A stretch of DNA of 53,853 nucleotides from Toensbergia leucococca (lineage: Eukaryota). Where the stretch lies: positions 62,001 through 115,853 of the forward strand of contig JALDZS010000067.1 in NCBI GenBank assembly GCA_022813965.1. Direction: 5' to 3'. The notes below the pieces were generated by a model. The model was not told where the DNA came from and searched no databases. It worked only from the letters and a program-made list of their open reading frames with translations. The first letter of the stretch is position 1, and every line of letters begins with the position of its first letter. Position numbers and translations under genes: made by a program. Below, piece after piece: positions 45,617-53,853 of the stretch.

Positions 45617-46306
45617 TTATAAGGGGCTAAAATGGAGGGATCTGGTTAGATAAGTTGGGTTCGATTCTTGGTCCGCCTATTATACCTATTTTCTTGGACA
45701 TTAATTGGAGTTGTTTTTGGGTTTGGTTCAATTGCTTGACATCTGTCATCCATCTCTTTAACATATCATCAATGAACATGTTACTTCAAACAAGGCCACT
45801 CAAATCTCTAAAAAGTTTGCTTTGACATGCAAACCCCTTTAATACGACACGATTGGAGACTTGATGCTGTACGCACAGTAGTGATCTGATCCGAATGAGA
45901 GGACTACATTCTGTAGGCGACTTATCAGAGACATGTTCGCTCAATCTATCATTCACTACGAAAAATTCGATCCTCTATCTTGATCTAAAATCCATATCAT
46001 CACTTTCTCGACTCCTTCAATGTGACCCCTCAGAAACCTTCAATTCATCCCATATCAATACGTTCCGTTTCACTTCCATCTCTTCATCGCATCAAGCATG
46101 ACTCTAGTGCAATCAGACTTGGATAATCTCAGCTCGCCGTAGGATCCTTGGTCTGAACATCCGTCCTCTATCAAATCGCCTTCCAGTTCTATTGGCTTGC
46201 GTGAGGCAGAGGGTGCCGAAGATGAAGAGGACGAGTGCTGCTGTGTGCATGGAGTGCCTGAATCTGAGTCCGGGCGTTGAATATGTTGAAGAAGTTGGAG
46301 CTGAGA

Positions 46307-47149
46307 CTAGCTATCCCTCGACTCCCAAACCCTTTGCACAACCCCCCAATACCTCCCACTATCCACCCTCGCATGCGCCACATGCCCACTTCCCACAAAA
46401 AGCTCCCTCCGAACCCTCCATCCCCTTCCCTCCGCCTCCGCCGCATGCTCCTCTACATTCTCCCACGACACCATCTCATCCTCCTTCGAATAAATATAAC
46501 AGCGCACCGCCTCCCTCCTCACCAGCGCCGCGTCATTTAACCCCGCTCTGGCGCGATCGATGATGTTTTTGCGCCCAAAGGGCCTGTGCGTTAGCCAGGT
46601 TAGGAAAAAGAGGAGGTAGACGAGGAAAAGGAGAAGAGGGCGGAGCAAAGGATTCGTGGGGAGGAGTGCGCGGCCACCTCGGATTAGGTCCGGGCGGTCT
46701 GGGGAGCTGTCGAGGAGCATTGCGCGGATGGGGAGCTTGGAGCCTGTTTTTTGAAGGTAGGCGGTTGCGAGGTTGACGAGGGTGTGGGCGCCGCCGTTGG
46801 AGAAGAGGTGGATGTAGAGGATTTTTGCGGGGTCGGCTTGGATGGCTGTGATGGCGGGGGAGAGGTGGTCTTTTTGGAGGCGGTTGGGTACGTGGGTTAT
46901 GTAGGAGAGGGGGGTGCGGAGGAGGAGGATGCGCGAGCTTGGGAAGAGGGTTTGGTGCCCTTTGATGTATTTTGCGATGTGGATTGGGGAGGCGGACATC
47001 CAGGATAGGAGGATGATGGTGCTTGGGGGTGGAGTAGTGATGACGGCGGCGGAGGGAGGGATGTGAGGATTAAGGGGTTCGTAGAGGTAGACGCTGGGGG
47101 AGAGGCGGGTGAAGGATGAGAGGGGGTCTGGGGGTGGAATTGAATCCAT
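46307..47149 (-). CDS. TMEM53/DUF829 family alpha/beta-hydrolase-like protein (PaxU-like)
   Basis: Motifs LLSWM, HIAKY, HLFSNGG, LDSSP, CYIYSKEDEMV and SGHVAH. Intronless. Confidence 0.82.
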   Translation of the reverse strand: MDSIPPPDPLSSFTRLSPSVYLYEPLNPHIPPSAAVITTPPPSTIILLSWMSASPIHIAKYIKGHQTLFPSSRILLLRTPLSYITHVPNRLQKDHLSPAITAIQADPAKILYIHLFSNGGAHTLVNLATAYLQKTGSKLPIRAMLLDSSPDRPDLIRGGRALLPTNPLLRPLLLFLVYLLFFLTWLTHRPFGRKNIIDRARAGLNDAALVRREAVRCYIYSKEDEMVSWENVEEHAAEAEGRGWRVRRELFVGSGHVAHARVDSGRYWGVVQRVWESRDS

Positions 47150-47376
47150 TGTAGATTGGTTGAGAGGAGGAAATGATGGGTGAGAGATTCAGAGACAAGG
47201 ATTGCTGGGGAAAGGGTTACTTATAGAGTGCGAGGTTAGGTTAAAGGATCGACCCATTTCCCTGTGAGAAGCCATTTCGTATTTGAACGCGAGGGCAGCT
47301 GGTCCGTCTGCGAATCTTGGAGGCTTGAAATTGCCTCAGCCTCCAGCTAGTCGCTACGGGAGTGCTGGACACGGGT

Positions 47377-47434
47377 AAAAAAAAAGCCGGTCGCAACGAA
47401 GGGCTAAAACTCAGTTGCGACCGGCTTTTTTTTT
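47377..47434. repeat. Perfect 21-bp inverted repeat with 16-nt spacer
   Basis: AAAAAAAAAGCCGGTCGCAAC (47377-47397) pairs with GTTGCGACCGGCTTTTTTTTT (47414-47434). Confidence 0.9.
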
Positions 47435-47581
47435 CACCGCGTGCCGGAGTCCAGGTAAAAGTTATTCTATCCTAACCCGAATGGGGCTAAGCAGCTTGGC
47501 AGCGACTCAAGACTAAGGCAAGCAGAACAATCGTCGTCAACCACGAAAGAACCACACCGAAGCCCAACAACCAGTAGAAAA

Positions 47582-48514
47582 ATGGCCGCCGCCAAAGCAT
47601 CCATCCCGCGCTTCCTCCTTCCCCGCCTAACCTGGGTCCCACCAAGCTCATCACGCCCACTCCTCCGTCCCCTTCACACAGCCACCCACATCCCCGCTCC
47701 CCGCACCCTTTCCACAACCCACCAGCACCACCCCCTCCACCCCCTGCACCGCCGCCACAGCCTCCAACCTCTCGCAAAGCCCCTCACCAGACTCTTCTCA
47801 AGCACCGCCTCCCTCCCCCGCGACCACCACTTCGACACCCTAAAATTCGTCCAGCGCCTCAAAGACGAAGGCTTCTCCGAACCCCAGGCAATAGCCATGA
47901 TGCGCGTCCTCTCCGACGTCATCGAAGAATCAATCCAGAATCTAACCCGCACTATGGTCTTGCGCGAAGGTAAACCCCCGCCCCCCCCGGGTAACCCCAC
48001 CCCCCTCCCCGAAAACCTCTCCTAAAACACACACAACCAGACTCCGACCGCAGCACCTACACCCAAAAAGTCGACTTCACCAAACTCCGCTCCGAGCTCC
48101 TCGCCCTCGACTCCAGCGACAGCTCCCTCACCCGCGCCTCCCACGACCGCCTGGACAACGATCTCGCAAAGCTCAAATCCCGCCTGCGCGACGAAATCAG
48201 CCGCGCCCAGGCGTCCGTAAAGTTGGATTTGAATTTGGAAAAGGGGAGGATTAGGGAGGAGGCGAAAGGGCAGGAGCTGAAGATTAAGGAGACGGAGACG
48301 AGGATTGAGCAGGAGGTTGCTGGGTTGAGGGAGAGGGTTGAGGGGGTCAAGTTTAGTACGTTGCAGTGGTTGATGTGAGTTTCTCTTTTTTGAGGTTTTC
48401 TTTTGGGGGGTGGAGTGGAACTTGGGGAGTGGAATCTGCTGACTTGAGTGGTTCAGGGGTGTTTGTACCGGTACGGCGGCGTTAATATTGGGTGCCTGGC
48501 GCTTGTTAATGTGA
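47582..48514 (+). CDS. Mitochondrial coiled-coil protein of the CCDC90/MCUR1/DUF1640 family (Fmp32-like)
   Basis: Exons 47582-47969, 48041-48374 and 48457-48514. Presequence, HHFDTLKFVQRL..EGFS, QKVDFTKLRSE, KLDLNLEKGRIREE, and C-terminal TM LQWLMGVCTG. Confidence 0.88.
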
Positions 48515-48797
48515 CATGGGATGGGGCGAGAGGTCTGCGAGACGTGATTGAAAGCGAGGCGTTAGAATTGGGCGAGAAATGGTGTTTCAACAGCATGGGT
48601 ATCATTTTCTAAAAGGCTTTTTTATCCCCGTCTACATTCCCACCTGGCTCAGCAAATGCAATGCTTTTTCGGTAACCCGGCGACTCGTCTTCCACATTAC
48701 CTCACCAAGCGCCTCGCTAGCACATAATGCCGATATACTGTTACCAATTACCTTCGTACTTTTTTTCTCCATTCCCATTCCTCTATACACCCTCTTC

Positions 48798-49890
48798 CTA
48801 AACCCCAAACAGCTCCTCCAGCTGCCTCATGGTATCCTCAGGATTCTTTACAGCATGGCCCACCGTCCTCGGATCCTCCGCAATCTCATAGTCGTTGCCA
48901 CCCTTTTGAGTGTTATCCCCGAAAAAATGCACGGTCGTGTAATCTACGCCGCTAATGTTCTTTTCGGCGGCTACATGTTTCAAACAGTAGGTTTTATCCC
49001 AGCCGGTGGGAAAGGCGTCAAAGGAGATTTGGCCGCCGATGGAGAAGCTGAATGGAGTAAGTGCTGGTTGGCTTGAATAGGATTAGGAAATGAGGGAAAG
49101 GGGAGGAGCACATACGTGAGGCCAAAGTGGGAAAACTTCTCTCTGAGGGCAGCCACGAACTTTTCGCGGACTTTGTGCTCTTTGTCGTAGATGTTGAACG
49201 CGATCCGTTCGTCGAGGCTGGCGTTACGGCCGATGGGGGAGATGTTGACCATGCCGTTCCTATATATTCAAGGATCCCGAATCAGCATCTGCAGGAAAAC
49301 CTTCTTCCATGCTCCTACAAGCTCTGCGCTCTTTTCTTCTCTCCCCCCAACGCTTATTTCTTAAACCTTTCGCTCATGACGCCCCTGAGACTCCCCAAAG
49401 CACATACCTAAATTCCACAAAAGTGCCCCTCTTGACCGGAATGTCGCACTCGCTCAACCACCTCAAACAGAAATTCACAAGCTCCTTGTACCGCTCCTCA
49501 CCCAACCAACCCACAAAGCTCTGGCTCGCCAACGGCACCCCCATGCGGTAGGCCGTGAGGCCATTTTCGGCGAAGCAGAAGTCGAAGAGCGCAATCACGG
49601 GCAGAGCGGGGGTGCCGAGCTGTTCTTGCTGCTTGGCGAAGTCGGAGCCGCCGACGGAGCCGATGGCGCATTTGTGGCGGAGGCGGGAGAGGATTTGGAG
49701 CATTTGGGGGGAAACGGCCTGGGGATTGGGATTGGTCAGGTGAGGGAAAGAGGAAATAGAGCGAGGAAGGTTGGGGAAGTGGTCTTACGCGTCTGGCGGG
49801 GGTGAGGGTTTCGTCGACATCGAAGAGGCAAATTGTGTTTTTGAGGGGACGTTGATCTAGGGGGGGGTAGACGGCGGCTGCTTCGGTCAT
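48798..49890 (-). CDS. SEC53: Phosphomannomutase (HAD family)
   Basis: Exons 49890-49789, 49718-49408, 49259-49116 and 49047-48798. Motifs [48 protein letters not shown] and FFGD..GGNDYEI. Confidence 0.95.
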
Positions 49891-50478
49891 GATGGCGGGA
49901 AGGGTGAGTGATGATTATGGGGATATCGATGCTGTAAGATTCAGTGGTCAAAGATTGATGTCATTAGCCTAGGAGTGAGGCCAGTAAAGGAGTACGAGTA
50001 TTGTGAAGAGGAACGCACTGAGACCACGTGTTTGTGATGTCTCTTTGGAATCAGACCGAGTAAAACAATCTCGAATTTACTGATATTTAGCGAGCGTCCC
50101 CCAACGTATTTGTTTGAAATCTGCTGGTAGATGTACGAGTATCATGTACGGAGTAGGGAGTTCCAAGCCCTCCTTCGAATTAATTTTGAATACCTACATC
50201 TGATGTCTTGATAAATTTGAATTATTCTTAGGTTGGGTGACGCTTATTAAAAGAAATCTTAGTTGCAAACCGCCGGCATTGGTGAAAAAGGAAAGATTAA
50301 ATAATACAATAGAGAGGAATCACCCATGCACACCCGCTATGGGGGTTTGTGTAACGCCAAGCCCGTCCTCTATTGGGCGCATGCCCAATTTCTATTGGGA
50401 TGTATTGGTCTTCGTCTTCGATGGAAAGCTGGTCGTCATCTCAAGGAAGTGGAAGAAACGCAAATACCGAACGTCTAT

Positions 50479-52495
50479 CTATGCCGCAACAACTTCGGTT
50501 TTCTTACCCTTTACCGACTTCCACTCCATTCCTACGGCTCCGATGATGCTCATACACGCGATAGCGACCGAGACATAGTAGGTTTGTGTCAGCGCTTTGT
50601 TGTAAGCGACCAGCACACCACTAAGGTCATTGGGGTCAATGGCGTTCTTGAGGCTCGTAGCTCCAGTTGACAAAACAAGTGATGAGCTGATATTAGGGAC
50701 AGTGGCGGCAAGATTGGCGAGCAGGCGGTTGGTGAATATGTTTTGAGCGATGGAAATGAAGAGAGCACCACCGAGTAGTTGCGAGAACATTACAACTGAA
50801 GTACCGATGGGGATATCGTCAATATGCAAGACTGTTTGTGCAGCTATAAGGGGTTGCTGGAAGCCCAAGCCGACACCAAAGCCGAAGATGACTTGATAGC
50901 CAATCCACATTGCGTGTCCCGTGTCTGTTTTGAAGCTTGATATTAGACCAGCACCAATGGACATGACTACAGAGGCAGCAATCATGAAAGGCGTGTAGTA
51001 GCCGAAGTTCGTAATGCTGACGCCGGCTACCAGGCTCATAATTACCATTCCAAGGATGGTTGGTAGGTTCATGATCCCAGACTTTGTGGCCGAGACCCCT
51101 TTGATGGCTTGGAACCAGATAGGAAGATAGTAAATCATGATGAAGAATGACCCTCCAAGAGCAAGGCCAAACCACGAAGCGAATGCGATGCTGCGTTGGG
51201 ATACAATCCGAGGCGGCACCGTAGCATTGTCTTTCTTCCAGAATTGAATACCAACGAAGGCGGAGATGAGGAGACCAAATATAACAAACAAGGCGATGAT
51301 CCTCCCTGATCATAGCAAATTAGCTCTTCTGTCACTAACACAGGAGACCAACTACGTACCATTTCCCCATGGATACTTCGAACCGCCCCACTGGAGAGCG
51401 AGCAAGAGGCAGACAATAGCCGGGATAAAGACCATGGTACCGAAAGGATCAAATTGCTGGAAGCGTGCCTTGAAGCCAATGGAGTCTTCTTTTTCGCGCA
51501 CCGGAGATTTGAAAAAAAGAGTTATGACGGCAAATGTCACAGCGCCAATGGGTAGGTTGATGTAGAAACACCAGCGCCAAGAAACATGATCGGTGAAGGC
51601 TCCTCCCATGAGAGGACCTGCGACCGAAGCAAGACCGTACATGGCCCCGATAACACCAGTATAAATAGGCCGCTGGACCAAGGGAACAGTGTAGGCAACG
51701 ATAACCAGTGCCCCCGAGAATATGCCAGCTGATCCGATACCAGCAATGGCACGACCTATAATGAGGGAGACTGAAGTCGGCGCAACGCCGCACACGAGCG
51801 ATCCAAGCTCGAATATTGCAATTGCCGTAAGGTAAACCCATTTGATGCTGAAGAAGGTGTAGAACTTGCCGAAAAGTAACTGAAAGGAGCCTGAAGATTT
51901 GGTCAGCGAATTCCTATATCAATGTGGGATGCTGGTCGTACATGTGGTGAGCAAATACGCTAATCCTTCGTCAGCAACGTCTTCAGTCAACATCTAAGAA
52001 GCACTCACCTGATCCATACCACCCGACATCGTCAAGCGCGTGGAAATGATCTGTTATTTTGGGTATAGCAGTCGCTATGATAGTATTATCCTGCCTTATG
52101 CTCAGTAGCTGAGACGAAGCCTGATGGAAGGGATTTCATACAATTGCAACGAGGAATACGGAGAAGCATAAGGCAATGGTTATTATAGCCAGCTTCATTC
52201 CAGTTGGGTATTCAGGCTCCTCTGAGAGTTTGTCTAAAGCCTCTGCTTCTTCCAATCCAGTCGTCTCAACGACCTTTTGCTCTCCACTATGGTGAACCCC
52301 ATCTTCCTTCAATAAACCCTTTTCCCCAATTATTCTTGAATTTTTGCTTCGATTTGAAGATGTCCGGGAAGGCTCGATGTTGGATGATTTTTCCAAGTTA
52401 GATACAGAGTGATTTGGGCTAGGGGCAACAGTTGTCGTCTCGGAAGGTTCCACAGCGACAGCCTTTTTAGGACGCATAATACCAGGGAGCTTCAT
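50479..52495 (-). CDS. MFS drug:H+ antiporter DHA2 family (14-TM; AflT/GliA-like efflux pump)
   Basis: Exons 52495-52142, 52090-52009, 51959-51942 (18-nt micro-exon), 51890-51360 and 51305-50479. Motifs [41 protein letters not shown] and [12 protein letters not shown]. Confidence 0.92.
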
Positions 52496-53159
52496 TGTTT
52501 TTGGGTTGGAGGACGAAAGTGGAAAAACAGGAAAGATGGTAAGCGGCGTACAGAGAAAAGCTACGTGCCCGGAAGAGTTTACCAAAGAGATTAAAGAAAG
52601 AGGTAAAATGGATCAAGAAGTGTCAGGCCTCGAAAATGGATTGTGTTAAGGAGGTCGTGAAGTCCGCATCCAAACAATGACTCTATGATTTGTACCAAAT
52701 GCATCGGACTAATATCTATTGCCGGTCCACCAATCAAACATCACATCATCATCCCTACCATTTTCTAGGCACCGGATTTCGGACTCTCGGACTTGCATCG
52801 GATCGGGAATTTTGACATCCGGGTAGAACTAGGTATTCTACCTATCCGTGCTCCGCAAGGTACGGATACCTCGTTAGAAATTACTATGCGTACCTTTCCA
52901 TACGGAGCACAAAGCTATTTGTTTGCAACTACATGAACAAAGTCATTGATATCATGTTCTCAGTGTAATGACCGAGAATATAATTGTGACTATCTCAACT
53001 CCCTTGACCGCTAGAGAGCTTTGACTTCAGACTTTAGAATCGAGAAATAATGCTACCAATGCGAATCACAATGATCTAAACATGACATGATGCCCATTGC
53101 CCAACTACGCTTATTTTCTTATCCTAAAACGCCAGATGGGTATATCTAACATTAACGAT

Positions 53160-53853
53160 TCAACCAGCACCATCCACAATCTCAGCAGTAAAATCCTTCC
53201 TTATACTCAATTCCTCCAAACCCTGTTCGTTGGCTAGCGTGAGCCCCTTTTCATTTGCCAAATGTAACAAACAGATGAAGCAATACGAAGTCGAGATGTC
53301 TGCCATAGCCTGTTTAGGATAGACCTGCTGCAGGTTGTTCATGACCGATGTGAACTTAAGGCATTCGTCCTCGTTCTTGGACGCCGGCTGGAGTAGTGGC
53401 GGCGCTTGAGCACTCGAGTTCTGCATAGCTGTCAGCGCTGTAGTAAACAATGAGACTTGCAAGCTATACCTCTTCGAAACCTATTCCTCTCCACATCTCC
53501 TCCTTGAGCCTTCTTACGTCCACCTTCTTTGCCACCCTTGCATACTGTACGTATTCTGGCCGCAATCTTCGACTCTGCGTCACAAGCTGTGAACCAAACC
53601 CGCCTTCCTGATTTCCGTCCACACCTGCTAGTATACCATCAATGCCCTGATCACCAGCTCCAGGACCGCCTTCGATACCTGGTGAGAATGCCTCTCGGGC
53701 ATCTGCAAATTCATCGTCATCATCTGGAGGTCCACCAGGGAAAGCTAGGCCATCATCTTGGAAAAAATTCGCATCATAGTTGCCTTGCGGGACATCTTTG
53801 TCAGGAGATGTTTGATCAGGAATGTTCTCTTTTTGGGCCCAGAATGCCTCGTC
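53160..53853 (-). CDS. BRN1: Condensin kleisin subunit Brn1/CAP-H (barren), 3' portion; runs off the window
   Basis: RLRPEYVQYARVAKKVDVRRLKEEMW and DISTSYCFICLLHLANEKGL. Intron ~53421-53469. Confidence 0.9.

Noticed and set aside
45658..45680. GGTTCGATTC B-box/T-loop-like motif after ham-8
   Set aside because: The flanks do not form a T-stem or cloverleaf, so it is not a tRNA.

Overview
This is a gene-dense, intron-containing region from a filamentous ascomycete (Pezizomycotina); the exact lineage cannot be determined here. About 19 protein-coding genes can be assembled by hand from GT-AG introns, plus one GC-AG intron. In order they are: a Chk2-type FHA kinase, cyp51, a Mn-type CDF transporter, a Ubx5/UBXN7-like protein, Ecm29, a ~1978-aa NACHT-ankyrin NLR followed by a decayed low-complexity relic, an M19 dipeptidase, an F-BAR/DEP/RhoGAP, Cdc6, a WW+PhoD-like protein, UMP-CMP kinase with a small mitochondrial-type ORF just upstream, an F-box-like orphan, a HAM-8-like protein, TMEM53/DUF829, CCDC90/DUF1640, phosphomannomutase, a DHA2 MFS pump and the 3' part of condensin Brn1. 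No tRNA, rRNA, CRISPR array or intact transposon was found. The most interesting signals are (1) the split small-ORF/uridylate kinase locus, (2) a recurrent C-rich to G-rich strand switch shortly before the stop codons of convergent gene pairs, (3) an NLR whose sensor is built from a 76-80 aa di-ankyrin super-repeat, (4) an AtrR-type CGG-N12-CCG motif upstream of both cyp51 and the MFS pump, and (5) a recurrent intergenic TACGGAGTA motif. Family calls come from motif recognition only; no database searches were run.
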